Source: a virus (taxonomy: Duplodnaviria; Caudoviricetes). From it: 31,778 nucleotides of DNA. The stretch is taken from positions 1-31,778 of the IMG/VR virus record IMGVR_UViG_3300049437_000130, one strand, 5' to 3'. Each line of letters opens with the position of its first letter. Within the stretch, counting starts at the first letter, position 1. The notes beneath the pieces were generated by a model. The model was not told the origin of the DNA. It searched no databases and saw nothing but the letters and a program-made list of their open reading frames with translations. Below are positions 1 to 9,757 of the stretch, in pieces. A program made the position numbers and the translations under genes.

Positions 1-135
1 CTCAGCCGGGTTCTTCGCGCGCTCCACCACCGTCATTTTGTCAAGGATCTCGCCGAGCTGATCGACTTCACTGGCAGAGAGTTCGCGGCCCGCGGCCTTG
101 AATACAGCCTCGTAGCACTGTTTGTTAATCGGCAT
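1..135 (-). CDS. N-terminus of a large internal virion (ejection) protein, truncated by the window edge
   Basis: ATG at 135-133 overlaps the upstream TAA (TAATG). Reads MPINKQCYEAVFKAAGRELSASEVDQLGEIL..., resembling the C-x-x-A-V-x-x-A-A-G-R-x-L N-termini of BPP-1/APSE-like internal virion proteins. Not in the ORF track. Confidence 0.65.
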   Translation of the reverse strand, partial: MPINKQCYEAVFKAAGRELSASEVDQLGEILDKMTVVERAKNPAE

Positions 136-1934
136 TAGTGGTTCACTCCGCAAAGCACCGCGGCGCGTGCGGCCTTCCCATACGCCTCGGCTTCCGCCGA
201 CATCTGATCGAGTTCCTTAAGCTGGGCCTCGACATCAACGCCTGCGTAGGCGGCTTTCGTCTTCAGGTCAGCAACGGCGCGATTGACCTGCGCGCGGAGC
301 GCGTTGTCATCGTCCGCGTCGATCGCTTCCCGAAGCTGCGCGTCTGCAGCGCCCGCGGCTTGCGCATCTGCTGTGAGCGAGTTCTCCGGGGAACCCTGTC
401 GCCGAGCTGCCGCCGCAAGGTCCTCCCCGTTGCGTCGCAGCGCGATTGCGTCGCGTGGATTGAAGATGACGTAGTTGCTCGTCTGGCTCGTCGCCCCCTT
501 GGCGCGCGATCCTTCGTCAAGGTACTTCAAGCCCCGAATGCCTAGGGATTGCAGGTGTTCGCTGATCGCTTCCTTGTTGCCCTTGAAGACATCGAGGAGC
601 TGATCGTAGAGCTTGTGGCCGGTCGTGCTGCTCAGCATTCGCTCGCGTACCGCTGCCGGCGCGCCCCGCCAACCGAGCGTTTCCGGGCCGATGCCGACCT
701 GGTCGCTCGATTCGAGGGCGGCTCGGACCTGCGGCGATTGCTCACTGAGCGGTTTGTCGAGATCGAGCAAACTCTCTTTTGGCGCCTTGACGTTCACCTC
801 GTAGAGATGGCCCAAGCTCTCGGTACGCGTCACGATCTCTGCGCGCATGCGCTCAATAGATTTCGCTTCTTAACCGATGACCTTCGACATAGCCGCGGCG
901 CCGTGGATACGCTCCAAGTCGGCGATGCGCATCTCGGCCTCGACCACGCCCTTCTGCAACTCCGCAATGCGCATACGCGCGTAGCCGGCGTCAGGCGTGA
1001 GCTTGCCGCGATAGTGCTCGCCGACAGAGCGCGCCTCGGCAAAGTAGAGCCCGTGCCCGTAAGCATCCGACCCTTCGCCTGTTCCGATCCGGCCGGCGTC
1101 GAAGGTCTCAAACTTGTGCGGCGACCCGTGGTATGCGGTGAACACCGGCTCGATGTTGACGGCCTCACCGGCCTGCAACTGACCGACCGCCGTGCGCAGC
1201 GCCGATTCCCGAACCCGCAGCGGGCTAGCTTCAGCCGCGGCGCGGGCCGGGCTGAAAACGTCCTTCGCAGCACCGCCTAGCACGTGCAGGCCTCCACCGA
1301 ACGCCGCGCCGAAAGCGATATTCAGCAGACTGTCCGACATCGTGTAGTCGGCCTGCTCTTGCGTCTTGGCGATATGGATCGGCACTTCTGCGATCGCAGC
1401 GCCCGCTACGCCTTCGACCGCGCCGACGCCTACTCGGACGCCAGCCCGACCGAGAGCGCCGCTCGCCCGCGCCAGCATCGATGCGTAGCGCGCCTCGCCG
1501 ACGACAGGCACGAAGGCAAGGCCGACATTGACGGGGTCGAGCAGCGACGCCGCGAATGCGGTCGCGAACTGCGCCGACTTCGCGCCTAAGCCTTGCGGAC
1601 CGCGGGCAAAAACGTCCTGGCGCTTGATCTCCTCGCGCTTGCGCCGAATCAGGACGTCAAGGGCTTGGTCGGTAATGCCGGAGTCCGGCACCGTGAGGCG
1701 CCCGGCAACGCCGGCGTCGTTGATGCGCTGCTCGGCGTCCGCCTTCGTGAGCACGGCGCCTGTACGTTCCGCCTCGCTGAGGGCTGACATGCGCAGCAGC
1801 GAGTTAAGCGGCGACTCGCTGATAGCCTGCGCAGCTTGCGCGCGCAGTGTAGCGCCGAGCGTTGCGGGCTCGTCGCTCGCGAAGCGCTCGAAGTTCAGGA
1901 GCCTCGCCGCGGTGCGGGGGGTGTACAGCGGCAT
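135..1934 (-). pseudogene. Internal virion protein with an ART-PolyVal-like ADP-ribosyltransferase domain, interrupted by one in-frame TAA at 870-872
   Basis: ORFs 870..1934 and 135..848 are in the same frame, and the gap reads ...SKVIG*EAKSIERMRAEI.... The first half has AYHGSPHKFETFD...GEG...YGHGLYFAE. The second half has GHLYEVNV...LDLDKPLSEQ...LGIRGLKYLD..SR...SNYVIFN. Confidence 0.75.
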
Positions 1935-4264
1935 CAGCGTACGTGCCCCGAACGGAAACTCGCGGCCTTGAATTTCGCTTGGCGCTCAAGGGCGTCCGCG
2001 TGCGCAGTGCTCGCCAGAGCGCCCCACGAATAGCCGACTTGCGTCCCGTCGGCGCCGAGCACCGGCAGCCCGTCGAGCCACAGCTCGACGCCTGACTCAT
2101 CAGCGTTCGTCACCCACTGGCCTTCATATTTTAGCCGATCGACATATGCTGCGGCCTGCACGCCCGCTACGGTGTCGGTCGACGCGGTCCTAAGGGACTG
2201 CGGCACGTACTGCCGCGGTCCATGACGCCCGCCGGGCAGAAGTTCACCGCCGGTGCTGGCAGGGCTTGTGTAGTCCGGCAGGAGGTCGTTCGTGGGCGGA
2301 CGAACGTCCTTCGGCGCCAGTCGGTCGAGGAGAAGGTCGGCGCCTGACATGACTGCGCCAGCGTCGACGGCCTTCGGGATCCGCACCGTCTGGTTGTTGC
2401 GCTCGGCATAGGTGTAACTGCCCGCGACATCGGCGACGGCCTTGCGCGCCGCGCTGCCTAAATCATCGCCTCGACGCATGTTGTCGAGCGCGAGCTTGCG
2501 TACGCCGACGGTCAAATCCGCAATCGTCTTCTCGGTGCCCGGCCGGCCGGCCAACGACGCCTTGAGATCCGCCAGGCTCGTTGAGATGGCGGCGTTGAGA
2601 TCCCGCGTACTCGTAGTGCCGGGAATCGCCGCGAGCTGCACCTTGTCGTCGACGTTGGCGAGCCCAGCCAGTCGCACAGCGGCTGCGTGCGGCATGTTGC
2701 CGGTCGACAACGCGAGGTACGCGGGCGGCAGCTTCGCCTGGAGCTGCTCGCGGACCTGCCGTGCATTGCGCCCGTAGGTCTGGTCCACGTTCGCGAAGAA
2801 CTTGAGCGGATCGATCTGGGGATCGCCCGCGGTTGCAGCAAGGCTCTCAACCTCAGCCTTCGTGAGCGGCCGCGGGTCGCGCACCCCGATACGCTGCTGC
2901 TCTGCCATGCGGGCGCTGATGACCTCCTGTGAGCTGCCGGACTGGCTGGCGCGCTTAACCAGCGGCGACTGACTAACAGCGGCGGCTGGATCCTCCTCGC
3001 GGGCCTTCTCGATCCGGCCAGCCTGCGTCATCAACATAGCCTGGCGCTCGCGCTGGTCGGCGTAGCCGGCGCCAGCGACCGGCGCGGCCTTCTCAATGAT
3101 CGCGGCCTGCTCGTCTGGTGAGGCGTTCTGCAGGGCGTGGAAGTCTGACGCCAGACGCGTCTTGCTCTGATACTCGCCCCACACCTTGTCAGCGTGCTCG
3201 CCGAAAGCGGCGGCGACTTCGCCATGCGAAACAGGCCGCGTCGGATCGACGCCGTCTGCCATCATGGCAACGGTGTCTTCCATCCGGGCGCGAAGGGAAT
3301 CCTGCAGCTCGCCAAGGCGCGCGCGCTGTTCGGCGCGAGCCTCGCCGATCAGGCTGGAAACGCGGCTGTCGGCCTTGTCGAGCGTGTCTGGGTTGACGCC
3401 GAGCGCGGTCGTGCCCTTCTTATGCAGCCCCGCGAGCCACTTCTCGGCGGCATCGGGCCCCTGAGTGCGGACCATGCGCTCACCCTGTCCGACGATCGTC
3501 TCGAAGGCGGCATCATCCTCTTGGCCTGCCCGAAGCTTCGCCACGAATTCCGGGGCGAGAATCCCGTCGGGGTTCGCGTCGCCGCGCACGTTCTTCGCGA
3601 TTAGGTCGCTCTGCTGAACCCGCAAACCTTCCGCAAGCGCGAAGTCGCCGTCGCGTCGTGCGCGAAGCTCCTCGCTGCGCAACGACAGCAGGTTATCTGT
3701 AACCTGGCCGCTGGCCGTCTCCAGAGCGCGCTGGCGCTCCCCGTTGACGATCTGCTGACGCGCGGACATGGCGCGAACCGTCACGGCCTGTTCGGCGCGA
3801 GCCCGCAGCGCCGGATCGACGCCCTTCAACAGTCCCTTAGAGTAGCCGCCGACAGCCGCGTCAAACGCCGCGGAATCGTTTCGGTTCGCATCAGCAATGC
3901 GCGCCATGTTGGAGGCAATATCGGTGCCGACCGCAGCCTCGTGCCCCGCGAGCACCGCCTGGTTGTACGCCTGCCCGTACGGCGTCAGCGCCGCAAGCCC
4001 TGCCTTTTGCTTGGGCGCCTCCGCGCTGCCCGGCACGGCAAGGCCCTGCTCGGCCCCGCGCTGTGCAGCCAGGTTGGAGGCGAACTCCCCGGCCTTGCGC
4101 GTGAATCGCGAAAAGGTATTGGCAAGGGCGTTCGCCCGCTCGGCCGCGGACGTATCGAGGGGTTGCGCCTGAAACCCGATAAGGCGGCCCTCGGCCTGCG
4201 GCGGTTGCCGCCGCGCTACCTGATCCGAGCCGCCGGGCGTGCGAGAGCCGATGAGGGACGCCAT
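1934..4264 (-). CDS. Internal virion / DNA ejection protein (776 aa)
   Basis: Long Ala/Gln-rich helical ORF coupled to both neighbours by 1-nt overlaps, in the ejection-protein position after tail tube B. Confidence 0.65.
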   Translation of the reverse strand: MASLIGSRTPGGSDQVARRQPPQAEGRLIGFQAQPLDTSAAERANALANTFSRFTRKAGEFASNLAAQRGAEQGLAVPGSAEAPKQKAGLAALTPYGQAYNQAVLAGHEAAVGTDIASNMARIADANRNDSAAFDAAVGGYSKGLLKGVDPALRARAEQAVTVRAMSARQQIVNGERQRALETASGQVTDNLLSLRSEELRARRDGDFALAEGLRVQQSDLIAKNVRGDANPDGILAPEFVAKLRAGQEDDAAFETIVGQGERMVRTQGPDAAEKWLAGLHKKGTTALGVNPDTLDKADSRVSSLIGEARAEQRARLGELQDSLRARMEDTVAMMADGVDPTRPVSHGEVAAAFGEHADKVWGEYQSKTRLASDFHALQNASPDEQAAIIEKAAPVAGAGYADQRERQAMLMTQAGRIEKAREEDPAAAVSQSPLVKRASQSGSSQEVISARMAEQQRIGVRDPRPLTKAEVESLAATAGDPQIDPLKFFANVDQTYGRNARQVREQLQAKLPPAYLALSTGNMPHAAAVRLAGLANVDDKVQLAAIPGTTSTRDLNAAISTSLADLKASLAGRPGTEKTIADLTVGVRKLALDNMRRGDDLGSAARKAVADVAGSYTYAERNNQTVRIPKAVDAGAVMSGADLLLDRLAPKDVRPPTNDLLPDYTSPASTGGELLPGGRHGPRQYVPQSLRTASTDTVAGVQAAAYVDRLKYEGQWVTNADESGVELWLDGLPVLGADGTQVGYSWGALASTAHADALERQAKFKAASFRSGHVR

Positions 4265-4749
4265 TACATCATGCTCCGACCGCTGCCACCGCCACCGGCG
4301 GCGGGAGCCGGCTGTTTCATGCCGCCCATACCGCCCGCAACCGAGCCGACCGTATCGAACAGCGTCCCGAGGGTGGCAGTGTTGCCCTGGGCGCGAGCGG
4401 ATTTGCCGGCCCGGCGTAGGCGCGCAGCCGTCTCGGCCCCGATGACGCGATTCGTCTCAAGGTCGCGAGTTGCGTCGCGGACGATCGTCTTGTTGATGGC
4501 AAGCTGCGAGCCAACGCCGGACATAGCACCACTCGCCCCCGCTTCAGCGTTCTGCGCAGCAAGCGCGGAAATGAGTTTCTTGCGCCGCTCGACCTCCTGA
4601 TCGCGCGCCGCCATTTCCTCCTCCCGTGCCTGCGCCTGAGCGGCGTAGTCCTGAGTGATGCCGGCATTGCGCGTGTTGATCGCGGTGACGGCGCCGCCGG
4701 CCGCCGTGGCGGCGATCGCGATATACGCAAGGGTGACGGGATCGGACAT
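4264..4749 (-). CDS. Small internal virion protein (T7 gp14-like position)
   Basis: MSDPVTLAYIAIAATAAGGAV N-terminus, a central AQNAEAGASG...GS motif, and a Gly/Ala-rich composition typical of the first podovirus ejection protein. Confidence 0.7.
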   Translation of the reverse strand: MSDPVTLAYIAIAATAAGGAVTAINTRNAGITQDYAAQAQAREEEMAARDQEVERRKKLISALAAQNAEAGASGAMSGVGSQLAINKTIVRDATRDLETNRVIGAETAARLRRAGKSARAQGNTATLGTLFDTVGSVAGGMGGMKQPAPAAGGGGSGRSMM

Positions 4750-7190
4750 TAGATGCCTACCTCAATTTGGAAGTCACAGCCGAGCAATTCCATAGGAACA
4801 GGATCGACTTGCGAGAACGCCACCGTCTTCTCACTGTTCTCATCCCATGTGCTCGACATGTTGAGCGTGAAGATTCCCGACACCGGCGTCGCTGCCGTAT
4901 CGAAGTAGTCGACATCGAACTTGCGATCCGGTACGGGTTTGCCGTCGATTAGAAGTCCAAGCGTGTCCTTCACCTGTACGCGCGCCTTTACGATGCGCAT
5001 CTTGTGCAGCACCCCACCATCCGGTCCGATCGCAACAAGAGGCATCGGCGTGATCGTCGGCACCCAGTCGAGCCCCACTTCGGCCCTGTCGTAGGTGTCG
5101 TCGAGTGTTGTCGCCCCGGCGACCGGCGTGGCGTTATCGAGTACGAAGCCATCGGCCCGAACGCGACAATCCTCTCCGTTGAGGTGCGACAACCCGGAAG
5201 CTGTCGTACCGCTCGGCGTTACTTGAACCGCGCAGTCGGTATAGAAGGCGTCATCCGCAATCTCAAGGTAGACACCATCGACGCTGTTGACGGTTCGCTT
5301 GATGGCGAACCAGCGATCGACGCCGACAGCGGCGACCGCCTTGAACAGCCCGCCGGTCGTCCATTTCGCCCACGCAACGACAGCCGCGGCGCGGTACAGG
5401 TTGAGAATCGCCATCGTGCCGTCGCCGTTCACGACGAATACGAGGCTCAACTCGTCAGTCGTTGAGCCTGACCATGCGGTGAAGTCCACAACGTCATTGA
5501 TGAGGTGCGGCGCCAACGACGATAGGCTTAGCGAGTCGAAGCTGTCCTGCTGATAGTCGAACCGAAAATCGCGGACAGCTTTGCGCGTGCGCTGCGCGAA
5601 GATCGTCGAGCCGTCGATCGTGACGGGGCGGATCTTGGCGCAGCCGTATTGCGTTTGATTGACGGGAACGTCGCCGGGTTTGACGGGCGAAACCTGAATC
5701 GCATACTCACCGCTCGTCGTGAACACCTGCAGCCCGCGCCCAGCGAACAATACGTCTATTTTCGAGACGTTCAGCGCCGTGAAGATCGCGTCGTCGGCCT
5801 CGCCGTTGCCGACAGTGAAGTCAAGGATGTAGTTGACCCGCGACCCCAACAGCGCATTGCGCAAGCTCTTTGTGCCGCCAAAGTACAACCGCCCCTCATG
5901 CAGCGCCGTCGAACGCGGATAGCCGCGGGTTACGCTCCAGACGGGTTCCTGCCGGGCGACGCCCGCGGTTGTGCGGCTCACTGTCGCCGCGGCGGCTGAC
6001 GAGAGCGGAATGACCGTCATTAGGTCGTAGGTGTCGGCGCTGTCCGCGGCGAACGTCACCGTGAATGCAAGCGCCCCGGTGCGCGCTGCGCTGACACCTT
6101 TATCGCCTAGAACGGTGTAGAGCTTTTGAACCGCCTTTGCGATGTTGGCTGCCGTTGTCGCGTTATCCCCCGCGAAGGCAATAGACCCCGTGCGCGCACC
6201 GCCCAGATCGATTTGAAACGTGTCGCCATCTGTCCACCCCGAAGCGAAAGTAATGACCTGCACTTCTGATGTCGGGGTAGGCGACGAGGCGTCGTTGTAG
6301 TCGTATTTGGGTACCGCGTCGAAGGTGATGGCGAGCGACTGAAAGTTCTCGCCGCCCACCTCCCGCAGCAGGAATCGCGGCGGGTAATCCTCGTGAACGA
6401 TCGACATGACATCGCGCTCACTATCGGCGTCGATCTCAGCCAGGTCTGCGCTCGCGTAGGGGGCGGGGTGATACTCGACGAGAGCGCGGTCCTCGTCGTA
6501 AATCGACATGGACCGATCGGTTAACGCAACGCAGTAGCGTGTGTCGATGTCGAAGGGGAGCAGCCGGGCTTCAGAGATCGTTCCGGAGTCTTGCCAAAGC
6601 GTGAAGTCCATGAGACTCGTATCGACCGAGCCCATGTCGGTTCCGCCCACTTTGGAAACGCGCCAGTAGCGCGCAGTAACCGCGGTGCCGCCGCGCCGGT
6701 AAGAGCGGGTGACGAGCGAGTTGACGAGAGCGAAGGCGGCGCCAAAGTCGGTCCAGCTCGCGTCGTCGGTGCTGTACTGGATGCGAAACTCGGTGCTCGA
6801 TCCGCCTGTCGACTTAAGGCCGACCGCGTCGGCGAACAGCACGGCCTTGGCCGCGCCTAGATCGTAGTGGACGAGGACAAACGGATCGGTCGTTCCAACG
6901 TCCGTAGTCGTTGTGAGCAACGTTGCCTCACTATCGTCCTTGGCGTTGTTCGCCGTGCCGCCGTTTGGCGCCGTCGCGGTGATGCCGGTCGATATGCGCG
7001 AGAGCTGGTTCGGGAGTTTCGCCGCGAAGGCAAGCCCTGGCCGGCGCCGAACGCCGCCAAGGTGAATCGGTACAATGTTCTCGCCGACCAGCAGGCCCTG
7101 CTGGTACTGCGCCGTATCCTTGCGCATGCTCGCGCGCGGGTCGAGAACCCCGGCGAGAAACGCAGTCCGGACATCGCGAACTCGGGTCAC
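4749..7190 (-). CDS. Tail tubular protein B / nozzle (T7 gp12-like, 813 aa) with inserted domains
   Basis: F.AGVLDPR N-terminus, GGVRRRPG, GYPRS..LHEGRLYFGG, LQVFTTSGEY and AWAKWTT.G motifs. GTG start, immediately after tail tube A. Confidence 0.85.
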   Translation of the reverse strand: MTRVRDVRTAFLAGVLDPRASMRKDTAQYQQGLLVGENIVPIHLGGVRRRPGLAFAAKLPNQLSRISTGITATAPNGGTANNAKDDSEATLLTTTTDVGTTDPFVLVHYDLGAAKAVLFADAVGLKSTGGSSTEFRIQYSTDDASWTDFGAAFALVNSLVTRSYRRGGTAVTARYWRVSKVGGTDMGSVDTSLMDFTLWQDSGTISEARLLPFDIDTRYCVALTDRSMSIYDEDRALVEYHPAPYASADLAEIDADSERDVMSIVHEDYPPRFLLREVGGENFQSLAITFDAVPKYDYNDASSPTPTSEVQVITFASGWTDGDTFQIDLGGARTGSIAFAGDNATTAANIAKAVQKLYTVLGDKGVSAARTGALAFTVTFAADSADTYDLMTVIPLSSAAAATVSRTTAGVARQEPVWSVTRGYPRSTALHEGRLYFGGTKSLRNALLGSRVNYILDFTVGNGEADDAIFTALNVSKIDVLFAGRGLQVFTTSGEYAIQVSPVKPGDVPVNQTQYGCAKIRPVTIDGSTIFAQRTRKAVRDFRFDYQQDSFDSLSLSSLAPHLINDVVDFTAWSGSTTDELSLVFVVNGDGTMAILNLYRAAAVVAWAKWTTGGLFKAVAAVGVDRWFAIKRTVNSVDGVYLEIADDAFYTDCAVQVTPSGTTASGLSHLNGEDCRVRADGFVLDNATPVAGATTLDDTYDRAEVGLDWVPTITPMPLVAIGPDGGVLHKMRIVKARVQVKDTLGLLIDGKPVPDRKFDVDYFDTAATPVSGIFTLNMSSTWDENSEKTVAFSQVDPVPMELLGCDFQIEVGI

Positions 7191-7191
7191 G

Positions 7192-7752
7192 TCAGCGGCA
7201 GTCCGTAAACGGGCTTGAGTACATTGGCCGACTCGGGCGCGACTGCGCGTCGGCGTAGAGCGCCCGCTGCCGCTGCATCTGGTAGCGCTGCGCGAACAAC
7301 TGGAGCGCGCTGTCGCTTTCCGAAAGGGGTTTGATGAAATTCATCGCGAGCGTGTACGTCATCAGCAGCGCGAAATAGGCCGGCATCTTCGACACGTCCG
7401 GCTTGACCGTGTACTCGACCTCGACTGCCGTCGCGTTCGTGTAAAGGTGCTGCCCGTAGATTTCATACGGCTGCGGCGGATATACCCCGTTCAGGAGGAG
7501 CGAGTCGGAGGGGAGCTGGTAGACGTACGTCCACTCATTGAGCGGAGTGGAGTTGACGCGACTAAGCGCCTTCTTCGCCATAGCAAAGCGCCAACGGTTT
7601 GACGTCAGCTCGTTCTCGTAGAGTTGCTCAAAGAGATTGGCGCCAACCTGTGCGCCATAGCGGTCGTCGGTCAGCGAATCCAGCGGCGGCTCACCGCAAA
7701 GGATGAGCGCCTTGGAAATGAGCGCGATCTTAGTCGGCGTCTCGATAGCCAT
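7192..7752 (-). CDS. Tail tubular protein A / adaptor (T7 gp11-like, 186 aa)
   Basis: ISKALILCGE.P, WRFA.K..AL, Y.YQLPSD and MPAYF..L motifs, with the expected size and position. Confidence 0.85.
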   Translation of the reverse strand: MAIETPTKIALISKALILCGEPPLDSLTDDRYGAQVGANLFEQLYENELTSNRWRFAMAKKALSRVNSTPLNEWTYVYQLPSDSLLLNGVYPPQPYEIYGQHLYTNATAVEVEYTVKPDVSKMPAYFALLMTYTLAMNFIKPLSESDSALQLFAQRYQMQRQRALYADAQSRPSRPMYSSPFTDCR

Positions 7753-7760
7753 GCGTGCCT

Positions 7761-8015
7761 CTACTTCTTACGGATTTCTTCGAGGATAAGGCGCGCCTGC
7801 TCAGCCTGTGCTTTCTTCAGTTCCTCAATGGCTTCCTTGATCGCGGCCGTGCGCTCATCGAATTTCATTTCGATCGTCGCTACCTTTGCGGGCAGCCCGT
7901 CGACCGCCTTCGACGTGTCCGCGGCCGTTGTCGCAACCCGGCCGAGCCAGAGGCCGCCTGCGAGAACGACCGATGCCACGCTCACGTATTCCGCGATTCG
8001 CGCCTTGGGGGTCAT
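7761..8015 (-). CDS. Small membrane-anchored coiled-coil protein (possible holin-like), 84 aa
   Basis: ATG at 8015 overlaps the upstream TGA (ATGA). One hydrophobic segment (YVSVASVVLAGGLWLG) is followed by a charged heptad tail. Confidence 0.5.
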   Translation of the reverse strand: MTPKARIAEYVSVASVVLAGGLWLGRVATTAADTSKAVDGLPAKVATIEMKFDERTAAIKEAIEELKKAQAEQARLILEEIRKK

Positions 8016-8140
8016 AGCCGCTCCCGCTTGAAGCGTGCCCAAGCGATTCGAGCCCGGCGGAGAGCCGTGCGGATACGCGGCCATGCGAGCGCCTGGTAGA
8101 GCGCGCCGCCCACGAAACTGAACATGGCAAGCAACATCAT
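8012..8140 (-). CDS. 42-aa membrane peptide MMLLAMFSFVGGALYQALAWPRIRTALRRARIAWARFKRERL
   Basis: Strong GAGGAGG RBS at 8149-8155 (minus strand), and the TGA overlaps the next ATG. Hydrophobic N-half and basic C-half. Absent from the ORF track. Confidence 0.6.
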   Translation of the reverse strand: MMLLAMFSFVGGALYQALAWPRIRTALRRARIAWARFKRERL

Positions 8141-8153
8141 GACTCTGCCCTCC

Positions 8154-8876
8154 TCATTCGAGCGGGGTGTAGAATTTGGGCCACATCAAGGCGCAGTCAC
8201 GAGACCACGGGTTGACATCGCCAGCGAAATAGACGAGCCGCGCATCCGTGGGCACGGCTGCGTTGCGATCGAAGCCCTTGAGCCAGTACACACCGTCTCG
8301 ACGGGTCCACGTTGGCGCGCCGGGCAGTTTCAGCGTGAGCCAGGACTGGTCACTGCCGCGCAGCTTGGCGGCGGCAATGGCTCGTGGCGTCTCGACTGAG
8401 TCGTAGTCCGACCAAACCTCCGGGTGCGCGCCCGGGCGAAGCTGCCAAAGCGTCCCGCAATACCGGTTAGCGCGCGGCACTTCATTGATTGCGATCTTGA
8501 AGGGGTCCGCAGTCAAGAGCGGACGCAAGTCGCTGTAGACTGTCGTATCGAGATCGATCGACACCAACAGGTTTCCGAACCAGCGGCCGACGTTCGGATC
8601 GAACAGCTTCAGGCGAACGAAACAGTCTGGCGTTTGATCGTTGAAGGCGAAGCCGCCGGTTCGGCGGTTTGGAATCTGCGCGCGGGGCATCGACCACAAC
8701 GGAAACGTTTCGCACTCGATACCCGCGGGCTGGTCAGTGATGCAAACCAACCGCCAAGCCCCCGTCATGTGCTGCTGCAGTTGCCGGTATAGCCGGTTCA
8801 CGTGTCGATAGTCGTACTGACCCGCGCGCCATCCCTGCCACAGCCAACAAACGAACGTGACCGGCTCCGTAATCAC
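8154..8876 (-). CDS. GT-A fold glycosyltransferase (GT8-like), 240 aa
   Basis: GTG start overlaps the upstream TGA. Motifs FVCWLW, Y...HVNRL, LVCITD, LKLF, SIDLDT (DXD), GSDQSWL and VYFAG..NPW. Confidence 0.8.
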   Translation of the reverse strand: MITEPVTFVCWLWQGWRAGQYDYRHVNRLYRQLQQHMTGAWRLVCITDQPAGIECETFPLWSMPRAQIPNRRTGGFAFNDQTPDCFVRLKLFDPNVGRWFGNLLVSIDLDTTVYSDLRPLLTADPFKIAINEVPRANRYCGTLWQLRPGAHPEVWSDYDSVETPRAIAAAKLRGSDQSWLTLKLPGAPTWTRRDGVYWLKGFDRNAAVPTDARLVYFAGDVNPWSRDCALMWPKFYTPLE

Positions 8877-9757
8877 CCGAATACCCCAGCTTCCATCTCG
8901 TCGAGCAGCAATTCGTGCTGCGTGTTGAGCGACCACTTCGACCCGTAGAACGGCGCGTTGCCGGATTCGTCGTTGCCGCGCGCCCACGCGAGCGCCGTTT
9001 CGAGAAGCTTCCAGCCGCCGCGCGGGTCTTTGAGCACATCGATCGCGCACCATTTGGTGCCGGCTGCGGCAAAGAAGCTGTTGCAGAACTCAAGCAACGA
9101 TTCCGTCTCATCACTCATTGGCACGGGCTTCGTGCGAACGACCTTCGACGGGGCCGCCATCGGGCGATCAGGATAGTTGAACCGCCCGTAAACGTGCCGT
9201 TTGTTGCCGACAGCAGTCACGCGGTACGTGCAGCTATGCGGAATGAATTCCTGCCAAAGCACGTAGCCCCGCTGCACGCCGCTCGTGATCTGCATGCCGT
9301 CTGCGCTGAAGACCATGTCGACCTCGCGCCGCACGTCCTCTGCCGTCTTCAGCAGACGGACGTTGTGACTCGCGGAGCCGATGAACGACTTCGACACGAG
9401 GGGGAGCGGGATCGCCGCGCCTTGCAGTTCCGCCGCCGTGCGCGAGGACAACACGCGCGTCTCTGGCATGAAGCCACCCCACTGGGCCACCTGGTAGCCT
9501 TTGTCCTCGTAGGCCGTGATCTGGGCATCGTCCTGAATGAAAGTCCTGCCCGGAAGCTGAGAAAGCGCACTGTACTGCGCGCGGTCGAAGGCGAGCCGCG
9601 GCTGCTTCTGGCAGAGTCGCATGAACACATAGCCGGGCGCTGTCACCTGCGCGGCATCCTTGAACAGGATCGAGTCGTGCCCCCGCTTGCGGGCAGCGGC
9701 GCACAGCTCAAGGCCGTAATGATCGAACGGCCGGTCATCAAGCGCCCAAATTCTCAC
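8873..9757 (-). CDS. ATP-grasp fold ligase (RimK/LysX-like), 294 aa
   Basis: GTG start overlaps the upstream TGA. Motifs EDK, MPET, PLVSKSFIGSASHNVRL, LWQEFIP, YRVTAVG, CAIDVL and WKLLE. Confidence 0.85.
   Translation of the reverse strand: MRIWALDDRPFDHYGLELCAAARKRGHDSILFKDAAQVTAPGYVFMRLCQKQPRLAFDRAQYSALSQLPGRTFIQDDAQITAYEDKGYQVAQWGGFMPETRVLSSRTAAELQGAAIPLPLVSKSFIGSASHNVRLLKTAEDVRREVDMVFSADGMQITSGVQRGYVLWQEFIPHSCTYRVTAVGNKRHVYGRFNYPDRPMAAPSKVVRTKPVPMSDETESLLEFCNSFFAAAGTKWCAIDVLKDPRGGWKLLETALAWARGNDESGNAPFYGSKWSLNTQHELLLDEMEAGVFG

Noticed and set aside
870-872. Stop-codon reassignment (TAA read as sense) in this phage
   Set aside because: TAA is used as a genuine stop elsewhere (135-137, 4264-4266, 4749-4751, 11988-11990), mostly in TAATG couplings, and only one gene is interrupted.
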